DNA of 64,000 nucleotides, taken from NCBI GenBank assembly GCA_963742735.1, contig CAVUMN010000003.1, forward strand, positions 32,001 through 96,000, read 5' to 3'. The translations under genes and the position numbers were made by a program. Within the stretch, counting starts at the first letter, position 1, and every line of letters starts with the position of its first letter. Source of the stretch: an uncultured Actinomycetes bacterium (GTDB lineage Bacteria; Actinomycetota; UBA4738; JBBDTT01). Under the pieces are notes generated by a model. That model was given only the letters and a program-made list of their open reading frames with translations. It had not been told where the DNA came from and made no database searches. Below, piece after piece: positions 31,976 to 41,610 of the stretch.

Positions 31976-33036
31976 TGGACGCCTACCGGGTTGGGGTGAT
32001 CCCCGGCGACGGCACTGGACCCGAGGTCGTGCACGAGGGCCTCAAGGTCATCGAGGCCGTCCGCGACGGGTTCGACCTCGAGACCGTCACCTACGACCTG
32101 GGCGGTGAGCGCTACCTGCGAACCGGCGAGACGCTGCCCGACCACGTCCTGGAGGAGCTCCGCGGGCTCGACGCGATCTACCTGGGGGCGATCGGCCATC
32201 CGGACGTGCCGCCGGGGGTCCTCGAGCGCGAGGTGCTGCTGCGGATCCGCTTCGAGCTGGACCAGTACATCAACCTGCGGCCCGTGCAGCTCTACCCGGG
32301 CGTCACGAGCCCGGTCCGCGACCTGACCCCCGATGACGTCGATCTGGTGTTCGTTCGCGAGAACTCCGAGGGCCTGTACACGGGCGCCGGGCGGATCGAG
32401 GCGAAGGACACCCCCGACGAGCTCGCGGTCCAGGAGAGCGTCAACACCCGGCGCGGGGTCGAGCGCTGCGTGCGATTCGCGTTCGACCACGCCATGCGCC
32501 CGGACCGCCGCCGCCACGTGACGCTCGTCCACAAGACCAACGTGTTGAATCACTCGGGCGACCTGTGGCGGCGGACGTTCGAGGCCGTCGCCGACGAGTA
32601 TCCGGACGTCCGCACCGACTACATCCACGTCGACGCGGCCTGCATGTACCTGATCGAGGACCCCGCCCGGTTCGACGTCATCGTTACCGACAACATGTTC
32701 GGCGACATCCTCACGGACCTCGCCGCGATGATGCAGGGCGGGATGGGCGTGGCCGCCGGCGGCAACCTGAACCCCGGCCCGGACGGCGTGTCGATGTTCG
32801 AGCCGATCGGCGGGACCGCCCCGGAGCACACCGGCAAGGGCACGATCAACCCGATCGCGGCGATCGCCGCGGCGGGCATGCTCCTGGAGTCGCTCGGGCA
32901 GGCCGGAGCGGCCCGCCGCGTGGACGCCGGCGTGCGGTTCGCGGTCTCGAAGATGGCCTCGATGCGCGCGGGGGAGATGGGGTTCTCGACGAGCGAGGTC
33001 GGCGACCTGGTCGTGGAGGGAGCCCGGAATGCGTGA
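31975..33036 (+). CDS. leuB: 3-isopropylmalate dehydrogenase
   Basis: IPGDGTGPEV, QYINLRP, VRENSEGLY, LVHKTN, TDNMFGDILTDL, SMFEP. Confidence 0.93.
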   Translation: MDAYRVGVIPGDGTGPEVVHEGLKVIEAVRDGFDLETVTYDLGGERYLRTGETLPDHVLEELRGLDAIYLGAIGHPDVPPGVLEREVLLRIRFELDQYINLRPVQLYPGVTSPVRDLTPDDVDLVFVRENSEGLYTGAGRIEAKDTPDELAVQESVNTRRGVERCVRFAFDHAMRPDRRRHVTLVHKTNVLNHSGDLWRRTFEAVADEYPDVRTDYIHVDAACMYLIEDPARFDVIVTDNMFGDILTDLAAMMQGGMGVAAGGNLNPGPDGVSMFEPIGGTAPEHTGKGTINPIAAIAAAGMLLESLGQAGAARRVDAGVRFAVSKMASMRAGEMGFSTSEVGDLVVEGARNA

Positions 33037-34588
33037 GGTCGAGCTCTACGACACCACGCTGCGCGACGGCTCTCAGCGGGCCGGACTCCAGTTCTCGCTC
33101 GACGACAAGCTCAAGGTGCTGCACGCGCTGGACTCGATCGGCGTGGCCTACGTCGAGGGCGGGTGGCCGGGCGCCAACCCGCGCGACACCGAGTTCTTCC
33201 GGCTGGCCCAGACGGAGCCCCTGAAGCGGACCACCCTCACCGCGTTCGGCTCGACCCGCAAGGCCGGCGAGCCCGCCGAGGACAGCCAGGTCCTGCGGGA
33301 TCTGCTCGACGCGGAGACGTCCGTGGTCTGCCTGGTGGGCAAGTCGTGGGACCTGCACGTCGTCGAGACCCTGAAGACGTCCGTCGAGGAGAACCTGGCG
33401 ATGGTCGCCGACTCGGTGGCCTTCCTGCGCGCCGAGGGCCGGAGGGTGTTCTTCGACGCCGAGCACTTCTTCGACGGGTACCGGGCGAACCCCGAGTACG
33501 CGCTCTCGGTGATCCGCGCGGCCGCGGAGGCCGGGGCCGAGCGGCTGGTCCTGTGCGACACGAACGGAGGCACCGTCCCCGGCGACGCCCGTCGCGTGGT
33601 GTGGGACGTCGCCGAACGGACCGAGACCCCGCTGGGCGTGCACTTCCACGACGACGCCGGATGCGCCGTGGCCAACTCGCTGCTCGCCGTCGAGGCCGGG
33701 GCGGTGCAGGTCCAGGGCTGCGTGAACGGCTACGGCGAGCGGTGCGGCAACGCCGACCTGATCCCGATCGCCGCCGGCCTGGTCCTGAAGCTGGGGCTGC
33801 CCGCGCTTCCCGAGGGGAGCGTCGAGCGCCTCACCGAGCTCGCCCACGTGGTCGCCGAGATCGCGAACGAGTCCCCCGATCCACACCAGCCCTACGTCGG
33901 GCGCAACGCGTTCGCGCACAAGGCCGGGCTGCACGTCAGCGCGCTCGCCCGCCGGCCCGACGCCTACGAGCACATCCCGCCGGCAAGCGTCGGCAACACC
34001 AGCCACATCGTGGTCAGCGACCTCGCCGGGCGGCAGAACCTCCTGCGAAAGGCCGCCGAGCTCGGCGTGCCGTTGCACCCCGACGGCGTCGAGAAGGCCC
34101 TGGCCGCGCTGAAGGACCACGAGGCCGAGGGGTACGCGTTCGAGGCGGCCGATGCGTCGCTCGAGCTGTTCCTGCGCCGTCACGACGGCTGGAGGCAGGA
34201 GTTCTTCGAGATCGAGTCGTTCCGGGTCCACGTCGAGGAGCGCGAGGGCGCCGGCTCCCAGGCCGAGGCCACCGTCAAGGTCCGGGCCCGGGGAGAGCGC
34301 CACATCGCCACCGCCGAGGGGCGTGGCCCGGTCGGGGCGCTCGACAACGCGCTGCGACAGGCCCTCGGGAAGATCTATCCGCTGCTCGAGGAGATCACGC
34401 TCACCGACTACCGCGTCCGCGTGCTCGACGAGAAGAAGGGGACCCAGGCCGTGGTCCGGGTCCTGATCGAGTCGAGCGACGGCGACAAGGAGTGGTCGAC
34501 CGTCGGGGTGTCGGACAACATCATCGAGGCCTCGTGGGAGGCGCTCGCCGACGCCCTCACCTATGGGCTCCTCCACCCGCGCGCGTGA
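33029..34588 (+). CDS. cimA: Citramalate synthase
   Basis: YDTTLRDGSQ, EGGWPGANP, AFGSTR, FFDAEHFFDG, LCDTNGG, PYVGRNAFAHKAGLH, WSTVGVS.NIIEASW. Confidence 0.92.
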   Translation: MREVELYDTTLRDGSQRAGLQFSLDDKLKVLHALDSIGVAYVEGGWPGANPRDTEFFRLAQTEPLKRTTLTAFGSTRKAGEPAEDSQVLRDLLDAETSVVCLVGKSWDLHVVETLKTSVEENLAMVADSVAFLRAEGRRVFFDAEHFFDGYRANPEYALSVIRAAAEAGAERLVLCDTNGGTVPGDARRVVWDVAERTETPLGVHFHDDAGCAVANSLLAVEAGAVQVQGCVNGYGERCGNADLIPIAAGLVLKLGLPALPEGSVERLTELAHVVAEIANESPDPHQPYVGRNAFAHKAGLHVSALARRPDAYEHIPPASVGNTSHIVVSDLAGRQNLLRKAAELGVPLHPDGVEKALAALKDHEAEGYAFEAADASLELFLRRHDGWRQEFFEIESFRVHVEEREGAGSQAEATVKVRARGERHIATAEGRGPVGALDNALRQALGKIYPLLEEITLTDYRVRVLDEKKGTQAVVRVLIESSDGDKEWSTVGVSDNIIEASWEALADALTYGLLHPRA

Positions 34589-35448
34589 GCGAGCGGGGGA
34601 ACCTCAAGCCGGTCCCCGAGGGGCGGTTGCGCGTCGCCTACCAGGGCGAGCCGGGCGCGTACAGCGAGGACGCCCTGCATCGGTTCTTCGGCGAGCCGCA
34701 GGCGGACCCGGCGCCGTGCCCCTCGATCCGCGAGGTGTTCGAGCAGGTGGAGATCCGCTCGGTCGACTACGGCGTGGTCCCTCTGGAGAACTCCCAGGCG
34801 GGCTCGATCAACGAGACCTACAACCTGCTCCTGCGCCACGGGGTGCGTCTGGTCGGGCAGGTCGTGATCGGCGTGGACCACGCGCTGCTGGCCGTTCCGG
34901 GCACGACGCTGGCCGACGTGAAGAAGGTCTACTCGCACCCCCAGGCCCTCGCCCAGTGCGAGGAGTTCCTGTCGCAACTCGACGGCGTCGAGGCGGTCCC
35001 GGCCCTGGACACCGCGGGCGCCGCCAAGCAGGTCGCCGACGAGGGCCGGACCGACCAGGCCGCGGTGGCCGGGCGGCGGGCGGCGGAGCTGTACGGGCTG
35101 ACGATCCTCGCCGAGGGGATCCAGACCTACCCGCAGAACTACACGAAGTTCGGCGTGATCGGTGAGCCGTCCTCGAGGTTCGGCGAGCCCGACACGACGT
35201 CGATCGTGTTCGCGGTCTCGGACGTCCCCGGCTCGCTGCTCAAGTGCCTGGAGCCCTTCGCGGAGCGGGGGATCAACCTGCACAAGATCGAGTCGCGTCC
35301 GCAGGCCGCGCGCCCGTGGCGGTACTCGATCTACCTGGACTTCCAGGCCGCGGCCGAGGACCCCAAGGCGGTCGAGGCCCTGGCCGAGATGGCCGACCAC
35401 ACCAGCTTCGTCCGCGTGCTCGGCACGTACCGCGCCTGGCAGGACTGA
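34585..35448 (+). CDS. pheA: Prephenate dehydratase
   Basis: VAYQGEPGAYSE, PLENSQAGSI, YSHPQALAQC, NYTKF, ACT domain INLHKIESRP. Confidence 0.93.
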   Translation: MSERGNLKPVPEGRLRVAYQGEPGAYSEDALHRFFGEPQADPAPCPSIREVFEQVEIRSVDYGVVPLENSQAGSINETYNLLLRHGVRLVGQVVIGVDHALLAVPGTTLADVKKVYSHPQALAQCEEFLSQLDGVEAVPALDTAGAAKQVADEGRTDQAAVAGRRAAELYGLTILAEGIQTYPQNYTKFGVIGEPSSRFGEPDTTSIVFAVSDVPGSLLKCLEPFAERGINLHKIESRPQAARPWRYSIYLDFQAAAEDPKAVEALAEMADHTSFVRVLGTYRAWQD

Positions 35449-35474
35449 TCCGCCGGGGAAAAGTCCCCCGCGGA
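35449..35474 (+). terminator. Hairpin directly after pheA (putative terminator, no U-tract)
   Basis: TCCGCCGGGGA-aaag-TCCCCCGCGGA imperfect stem. Confidence 0.45.
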
Positions 35475-35648
35475 GCAGGAATGCTCACGGATCCGACGAA
35501 TTCCCACGATGCGCTCCGAGTGAGGAGGAGGGCGGCCTACAGCCCGCCCGCAGAGGCGCCCCAGCGGCCCCAGGAAGCCTCCGTCCTCCCCCTCACCCTT
35601 CGGCCCCGCTTGAGCCCCCAACGCGAACTTCCTTCGTAGACTCTGGCC

Positions 35649-37199
35649 GTGCCTCGCGCGCGCCCTCGCCGCCGCAGCAAGCCACCCTCCGAATCCGGGG
35701 GGTTCATGACGTTCGTCCTCGCGGTGCTGGTCCTGATCGCCGCCGTCGGCGTGTGGCGGCTCGGGGTCTTCGGCGGGGGCGACGAGAAGGCCTCCGGCGA
35801 CTCGCCCACCACGGACCTGTTCGGGAACGGGAGCTCGCCGAGCCCGTCGCCGTCGCCGACCCAGCTCGCCGGCGGCCCGATCAACCCGGAGTTCCCCGGG
35901 CTGACAACGTGGCGGGGGAACCTGACCCGCTCGTACTACGGCGAGGGCCCGGTGCCGTCGGCGCCCCAGATCCGGTGGCGGTACCCGTCGACCGGAGGGC
36001 TGTGCGGGCCGTCGGACGGCACGACCTGGTGCGGCACGGGCTGGACCGGCCAGCCGAACGTCATTCCCCGCGAGGACGGCTCGGTCGAGGTCCGCATCGG
36101 GGCGTACGACCACGACTACCACTTCCTGGACGGGGCCACGGGTGAGTCCGTCCGCAACACCCTGGACACGGGCGATCTGGCGAAGGGCTCGGCGACGAGC
36201 GACCCCGACGGCTACCCGCTGTACTACGCGGGCTCCCGCGACAACTATCTGCGGATCGTGGCCCTGGACCGTGGGCAGGTCCCCGAGGTCCTGTGGCAGC
36301 TGAACTCGGAGACCAGCGTCTCGAACCCCGTCTGGAACGACGACTGGGACGGCGCCCCGCTGATCGTGGGCGACTACCTGCTGGAGGGCAGCGAGAACTC
36401 GTGGTTCTACGTGATCAAGATCAACCGCGGCTACGACGACGCGGGCAAGGTCACCGTGAACCCGAAGGTGGTCGCCGCGGTCCCCGGGTTTGACGACGAG
36501 CTGTTCGCGTCCATCCCCGACGACGACGTATCGATCGAGTCCTCGGTCGCGTTCCACGAGGGCGTCGCGTACTTCGTGAACTCCGGCGGCCTGGTGCAGG
36601 GGTGGGACATCAGCGACATCCTCGACGGCGGCACGAACATCAACCGCGTGTTCCGGTACTGGAACGGCAACGACTCCGACGGGACGATCGCCATCGACGA
36701 CGAGGGCTTCCTATACGTGCCCCGCCACGGCGAGGAGCGCCGCTCGACGACCCGAGAGACCGAGGTCGGCGACATCATGAAGCTCGACCCGAGCAAGCCG
36801 AACGACCCGGTCGTGTGGTCCGTCCACGTCTCGCTGGGCAGCGAGCAGGACGGCGGGATCTGGTCCACGCCCGCGCTGTACGGGAACCTCGTGTACGTCA
36901 CGACGCACTACGGGGAGCTCATCGCCATCCATCGCGAGACGGGCGTGGTGAAGTGGAAGATCAAGTTCCCCGAGGGACACACGTGGACCTCCCCGACCGT
37001 CGTCGACGACACGCTGGTGGTGGGGGACTGCGGCGGGACGCTGCACGCCTACGACATCTCGCGGCCGGGTAAGAAGCCGCCGGAGCTGTGGTCCCTCGAG
37101 CTCGAGGGATGCATCGAGTCCACGCCGGCGATCTGGGACGGGTGGATCTACGTCGGCACGCGGGGCGGGCCGGTCTACGGCATCGCCGACCCGGCCTGA
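35649..37199 (+). CDS. Membrane-anchored PQQ-like beta-propeller repeat protein
   Basis: N-terminal TM; TWRGNLTR; repeats WSTPA..G..VY, WTSP.VVD, IESTPAIWDG; TAGACT -10 lies 6 nt before GTG. Confidence 0.8.
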   Translation: MPRARPRRRSKPPSESGGFMTFVLAVLVLIAAVGVWRLGVFGGGDEKASGDSPTTDLFGNGSSPSPSPSPTQLAGGPINPEFPGLTTWRGNLTRSYYGEGPVPSAPQIRWRYPSTGGLCGPSDGTTWCGTGWTGQPNVIPREDGSVEVRIGAYDHDYHFLDGATGESVRNTLDTGDLAKGSATSDPDGYPLYYAGSRDNYLRIVALDRGQVPEVLWQLNSETSVSNPVWNDDWDGAPLIVGDYLLEGSENSWFYVIKINRGYDDAGKVTVNPKVVAAVPGFDDELFASIPDDDVSIESSVAFHEGVAYFVNSGGLVQGWDISDILDGGTNINRVFRYWNGNDSDGTIAIDDEGFLYVPRHGEERRSTTRETEVGDIMKLDPSKPNDPVVWSVHVSLGSEQDGGIWSTPALYGNLVYVTTHYGELIAIHRETGVVKWKIKFPEGHTWTSPTVVDDTLVVGDCGGTLHAYDISRPGKKPPELWSLELEGCIESTPAIWDGWIYVGTRGGPVYGIADPA

Positions 37200-37204
37200 G
37201 GGAC

Positions 37205-37981
37205 ATGCCCGACCCGGTCGAGGCCCGCGCGGCCGGATTTCGCCGCCTGACGGTCGTGCTGATCGTGCTCACCGGCGCGCTGGCGCTCCTGCGGCTGGGG
37301 CCGCTGGCGCCGGACGATCCGTCGCCCCGCGGCACGGCGAGCCCCACGACCCCGGGGCCGACCGCCGACCCGCTGCCGGAGTGCCGGTACGCCGAGGCCT
37401 CGGTCCGTCTGGCCGGCTACGACGACTGGGCGCGGACGCTGGTCGACACGCGGCTCCGTCTGCCGCCCGACTACGAGCCCTCGGACCTCGTCTCCACGGA
37501 GGGTGCCGGGTTCGCCGGGCCGTTCTCGGTTCGGCAGTTTCTGATCGCGAACCTCGGCGCCCTGCGCGAGGCGGCCGAGGCCGCGGGGAACCCGATCGAG
37601 CTTGCGGCGGCGCACCGGACCTTCGACCAGCAGGCCTTCCTCTTCGAGCAGCGCGAGGCCCAGCTCGGTCACGACGAGGCCCTCAAGCGGGTGGCCCGGC
37701 CCGGCCACTCGGAGCACCAGCTGGGTACGACCGTGGACTTCAAGACGGCCGGCGCCGCCGATGTCGACCAGGCGTGGGCCTCGACCCCCGCGGGCGCCTG
37801 GACCATCGCCCACGCCGCGGAGTTCGGCTTCGTCCTGTCGTACCCGAGGGGCCGGCAGCCCATGACCTGCTACCTGTACGAGCCCTGGCACTTCCGCTAC
37901 TTCGGCGTGCAGAGGGCGCAGAGGATCGTGGAGAGCGGCCTGACGGTCCGCGAGTTCCTGTGGCAGGAGCAGCGCCGCTGA
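37205..37981 (+). CDS. M15B D-alanyl-D-alanine carboxypeptidase (VanY-like)
   Basis: TM anchor; LPPDYEPSDL, HRTFDQQ, ARPGHSEHQLGTTVDF, YEPWHFRYFG. Confidence 0.9.
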   Translation: MPDPVEARAAGFRRLTVVLIVLTGALALLRLGPLAPDDPSPRGTASPTTPGPTADPLPECRYAEASVRLAGYDDWARTLVDTRLRLPPDYEPSDLVSTEGAGFAGPFSVRQFLIANLGALREAAEAAGNPIELAAAHRTFDQQAFLFEQREAQLGHDEALKRVARPGHSEHQLGTTVDFKTAGAADVDQAWASTPAGAWTIAHAAEFGFVLSYPRGRQPMTCYLYEPWHFRYFGVQRAQRIVESGLTVREFLWQEQRR

Positions 37982-37997
37982 GCTCCGGCAGCTCGGG

Positions 37998-38321
37998 TCA
38001 GCCGCGGCGGCCGAGGTGCTCCCGCAGCGCCTCCAGGCGGGCGTCCCACTCCGAGCCGACGCCGGCCATCCAGCTGACCGCGCTCGACATCGGGCCCGGC
38101 GTGAACCGGTAACGGACCTCGCGGCCCTCCTTGCTCGCGGCGACCAGGCCGGCATCGGCCAGCGCGGCCAGATGCTTCGACACGGCCTGCCGGGTCACGG
38201 GGAGCTCCGCGGCGAGCTCGGTGGCGGTGAGCGCCCCCCGTTCGGCGAGCCGCCCCATGACCTCGCGGCGGGTGGGGTCGGCCAGGGCGGCGAAGACCGC
38301 GTCGGCGGGGTCGCGGGTCAT
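37998..38321 (-). CDS. ArsR/SmtB family transcriptional regulator
   Basis: [50 protein letters not shown]. Confidence 0.9.
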   Translation of the reverse strand: MTRDPADAVFAALADPTRREVMGRLAERGALTATELAAELPVTRQAVSKHLAALADAGLVAASKEGREVRYRFTPGPMSSAVSWMAGVGSEWDARLEALREHLGRRG

Positions 38322-38659
38322 GCCACCGCCTCCTCCGCGACCTCCAGATGGGTGCCGTCCGCCAGCGGCGCCAGCTCGAAGATGACTCTGGTGGGCCGGC
38401 GACGGCGGGCCCGCCCGTCCAGTGCCCGGTCGAACGGGGCCCATCGGAACGCGAACCGCCTCGCCGGGTCCCACTCCTCGATGACGGCGTCGCGCCGGCT
38501 GCCGTCGGGCCAGCGGAACTCCAGGCGGCCGCCCTCGGAGAACTCGCCGGCCGCCACGGCGCCGAACCACTCGGCCAGGCGCTCGGGATCGGAGAGGGCG
38601 TCCCACACCTCGCCCGGGTCACCCGGGAGGTCGATCGCCCGCTTGACGCCTTCGCTCAT
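38318..38659 (-). CDS. SRPBCC/AHSA1 domain protein
   Basis: [34 protein letters not shown]; ATGA overlap with the ArsR gene. Confidence 0.85.
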   Translation of the reverse strand: MSEGVKRAIDLPGDPGEVWDALSDPERLAEWFGAVAAGEFSEGGRLEFRWPDGSRRDAVIEEWDPARRFAFRWAPFDRALDGRARRRRPTRVIFELAPLADGTHLEVAEEAVA

Positions 38660-38660
38660 T

Positions 38661-38719
38661 CGCAACTCCCGGGTTGCACTTCTGGCGGCCGGCGCGTAAC
38701 CTGCAACCTGAAGGTTGCA
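38661..38719. promoter_or_regulatory. Two 18-bp palindromic operators (TGCAACC-N4-GGTTGCA), probably bound by the ArsR protein
   Basis: CGCAACT-CCCG-GGTTGCA (38661-38678) and perfect TGCAACC-TGAA-GGTTGCA (38702-38719) in the divergent intergenic region. Confidence 0.7.
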
Positions 38720-38740
38720 CTCTACCAGGAGGTCCCGATC

Positions 38741-39385
38741 ATGTCCGAGACGCTCGTTCCCATGGTCATCGAGCAGACCGCGCGCGGCGAGCGGTCGTTC
38801 GACATCTACTCACGGCTGCTCAAGGACCGGGTGGTGTTCGTCGGCACGCCCATCGACGACATGGTCGCGAACCTGATCACCGCCCAGCTGCTGCACCTGG
38901 AGTCCGAGGACCCCGAGAAGGACATCGCGATCTACCTGAACTCGCCCGGCGGGCACATGACGAGCCTGTTCGCGATCTACGACACCATGCAGTACGTGAA
39001 GCCCGACGTGTCCACGACGGTCGTCGGCCAGGCCGCGTCGGCCGCGGCGGTTCTGCTCGCCGCCGGCACCAAGGGCAAGCGCTACGCGCTCCCCAACGCC
39101 CGCGTCCTGATCCATCAGCCCCACGGCGGCGTGGAAGGCCAGGCCGTGGACATGGAGATCCACGCGAAGGAGGCCATCCGCCACCGCCAGCTCATGGACC
39201 GGCTGCTCTCCGAGCACACCGGCCAGCCGCTGGACAAGGTGTCGCACGACACCGATCGCGACTTCATCCTCACGGCCGAGCAGGCGAAGGACTACGGCCT
39301 GGTCGACGAGGTGATCACCAGCCGCGTCATGCCGTTCGTGCCGGCGTCCGAGTCCGTCGCCGGCAACGGGCATTCGAAGGGATAA
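38741..39385 (+). CDS. clpP: ATP-dependent Clp protease proteolytic subunit
   Basis: [38 protein letters not shown] (Ser), IHQP (His), DRD (Asp). Confidence 0.95.
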   Translation: MSETLVPMVIEQTARGERSFDIYSRLLKDRVVFVGTPIDDMVANLITAQLLHLESEDPEKDIAIYLNSPGGHMTSLFAIYDTMQYVKPDVSTTVVGQAASAAAVLLAAGTKGKRYALPNARVLIHQPHGGVEGQAVDMEIHAKEAIRHRQLMDRLLSEHTGQPLDKVSHDTDRDFILTAEQAKDYGLVDEVITSRVMPFVPASESVAGNGHSKG

Positions 39386-39412
39386 CCGCCGGGCTGCGTT
39401 ACCCTGGGTGGG

Positions 39413-39880
39413 ATGCCGCCGCTGACGCCCGGAACCACCGCGCCTCCGATCCCCTCGGTCGCCTTCGACAAGCCCACCGCCGTCTACTTCTACAAGGTGA
39501 CCTGCCCGGTCTGTCAGCTGTCCGGGCCGGTCACCGAGACGTTCGAGCGGGCCTACCCGGGCCACATCGTCGGCGTTGGTCAGGACCCGCCGGAGAAACT
39601 CGAACAGTTCGCCTCGGACTTCGGCGTCTCGTTCCCTTCGGAGGTCGACCCGCCGCCGTATGACGTATCCAACGCCTACGGCATCCGCGTCGTCCCCACC
39701 CTGTACCTGATCGAGGACGGGACGGTCGCCGACGTCGCCGAGTCGTGGGATCGCGAGGGGTTCAACCGGATCTCCGAGCGCCTGGCCGCCTCGACCGGGC
39801 GCGAGTACGCCGTCATCTCCGAGGAGGGCGACGGCCTCCCCGCGTTCCGCCCCGGGTGAGGCTCTCGCAACGCTCACTAG
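39413..39880 (+). CDS. Thioredoxin-like (TlpA/AhpC-TSA) protein, candidate selenoprotein with UGA at 39857 (ends at 39859 if UGA is a stop)
   Basis: FYKVTCPVCQ, GQD, YGIRVVPTL; C-terminus FRPG-TGA-GSRNAH-TAG followed by a hairpin. Confidence 0.75.
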
Positions 39881-39890
39881 GTCAGTGAGC
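39860..39890 (+). promoter_or_regulatory. Putative bacterial SECIS hairpin
   Basis: GCTCACT-AGGTC-AGTGAGC perfect 7-bp stem; loop begins 19 nt after the UGA and has G at loop position 2. Confidence 0.55.
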
Positions 39891-41423
39891 AGTCACCTGG
39901 ACGCCATCGTGATCGGCGCCGGCCACAACGGCCTGGTCGCCGCCTGCCTGCTGGCGAAGGAGGGCTTGCGGGTCGCCGTCCTGGAGCGCCGCGACGTGGT
40001 CGGCGGCGCGTGCGTGACCGAGGAGCTGACCCCCGGCTATCGCGTGTCGACCGCGGCCTACTCGATGGGGCTCCTCCGGCCGGAGATCGTCGAGGCCCTC
40101 GACCTGCACCGCCACGGCCTGTCCTACTACATCAAGGACCCCGCGCTGTTCGTCCCGCTGCTCGACGGCCGCTCGTTCATCGTGTGGCGCGAGCCGGACC
40201 GCACCCAGGAGGAGATCCGCGCGATCCACCCCGGCGACGCCGACGCCTACCCGCGGTGGGAGGCGTTCTGGGACGAGGTCGCCGCGGAGGTCCGGCCGCT
40301 GCTCCTGGCCGAGCCGCCGACGCTTGCCGCCCTGGAGCGCGAGATGTCGCGTCGCGGAAAGGAGGAGCTCTTCCGGCTGGCGATCACCGCCAGCGCCGAG
40401 GAGACGTGTGCCGCCTTCTTCGAGAGCGACGAGCTGCGGGGCGCGTTCGCCAGCCAGGGCATGATCGGCACGTTCGCCGGCCCCCGCGACCCCGGCACGG
40501 CCTTCGTGATGACCTACCACGCCTTCGGCGGCGACCTGGTGGGCGTGGACGGTGCCTGGTCCTACGTCCGCGGGGGGATGGGCGGGATCACCCAGGCGCT
40601 CGCGAAGGCGGCCGGCGAGCTCGGGGTCGAGGTCCGGACCGAGAGCCCGGTCGAGGAGGTCCTGATGGACGGCGCCGCGGTGGTGGGCGTCCGGCTCGCC
40701 GACGGGACCGAGCTCCACGCGCCGGTGGTCCTGTCCAACGCCGAGGCGAAGCGCACGCTCGCCCTGGTACCGCCCGACGCCGTCCCCGCGGAGTACGCGG
40801 CGCGCGTGGCGAGCAACGACACCACGGGCTCGGTGGTCAAGGTGAACCTGGTCCTGGACGAGCTTCCCGACTTCACCTCTCGCCCCGGCACGGAGCCCGG
40901 GCCGCAGCACTCCGGCACGATCGAGATCTCCCCGAGCGTCGAGTACCTCCAGGCCGCCTTCGACGACGCCGTCGCGGGGCGCGTGAGCGCCCGCCCGTTC
41001 ATGGAGGTGTTCATCCAGTCGGTCACCGACGACTCGCTGGCCCCGCCCGGCAAGCACGTCGCGTCCTGCTTCGCGCAGTGGGCGCCCGGGTCGGTGCCGA
41101 TGGCCGACTGGGAGCCGATGCGCGAGGCCGCGGGCGACGCGGTCGTCGGCGCGCTCGCCGAGTTCGCGCCCAACGTGCCGGACGCGATCCGGTTCCGCCA
41201 GGTCCTGGGGCCCGCCGACCTGGAGGCGCGCTTCGGGTTGACCGGAGGCAACATCTTCCACGGCGAGCTGCTACCCGGGAACATCCTGGCCGAGCGGCTG
41301 GGGGCGCGGACCCCCGTGGCCGGGCTCTACCTGTGCGGCTCGAGCGCGCACCCGGGGGGCGCCGTCACGGGTGCGCCCGGGTGGAACGCGGCGTGGGCGC
41401 TCCTGGCCGACCGCTCGGGCTGA
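39885..41423 (+). CDS. Phytoene desaturase-like NAD(P)/FAD-dependent oxidoreductase
   Basis: IGAGHNGLVAA, ERR.VVGGACVTEE, GGMGGIT, GGNIFHGE, LYLCGSSAHPGGAVTGAPG. Confidence 0.9.
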   Translation: MSSHLDAIVIGAGHNGLVAACLLAKEGLRVAVLERRDVVGGACVTEELTPGYRVSTAAYSMGLLRPEIVEALDLHRHGLSYYIKDPALFVPLLDGRSFIVWREPDRTQEEIRAIHPGDADAYPRWEAFWDEVAAEVRPLLLAEPPTLAALEREMSRRGKEELFRLAITASAEETCAAFFESDELRGAFASQGMIGTFAGPRDPGTAFVMTYHAFGGDLVGVDGAWSYVRGGMGGITQALAKAAGELGVEVRTESPVEEVLMDGAAVVGVRLADGTELHAPVVLSNAEAKRTLALVPPDAVPAEYAARVASNDTTGSVVKVNLVLDELPDFTSRPGTEPGPQHSGTIEISPSVEYLQAAFDDAVAGRVSARPFMEVFIQSVTDDSLAPPGKHVASCFAQWAPGSVPMADWEPMREAAGDAVVGALAEFAPNVPDAIRFRQVLGPADLEARFGLTGGNIFHGELLPGNILAERLGARTPVAGLYLCGSSAHPGGAVTGAPGWNAAWALLADRSG

Positions 41424-41601
41424 ATCGCCGCCCGGCCGCCCGCCGGCGCTCGCCGAGCCCCACGAAGAACCCCACGACCACCAGGAAGTAGGCGAGCATC
41501 CCGCCCGCCACCCCGGCCACCAGGCCCAGACGTGTGAAGGACAGCTGGATGCCGGCCGCCGCCGACACGCACGCCAGGTAGTACAGGACCGCCTTGCCCA
41601 T
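41365..41601 (-). CDS. Small hypothetical membrane protein
   Basis: Two hydrophobic stretches; follows the rhomboid gene by 9 nt; 3' end overlaps the convergent gene. Confidence 0.45.
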   Translation of the reverse strand: MGKAVLYYLACVSAAAGIQLSFTRLGLVAGVAGGMLAYFLVVVGFFVGLGERRRAAGRRFSPSGRPGAPTPRSTRAHP

Positions 41602-41610
41602 CGACTGGTT

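Noticed and set aside
37205-37981. VanY-like gene as vancomycin resistance
   Set aside because: No vanHAX or vanRS nearby; stand-alone M15B carboxypeptidases are ordinary cell-wall enzymes.
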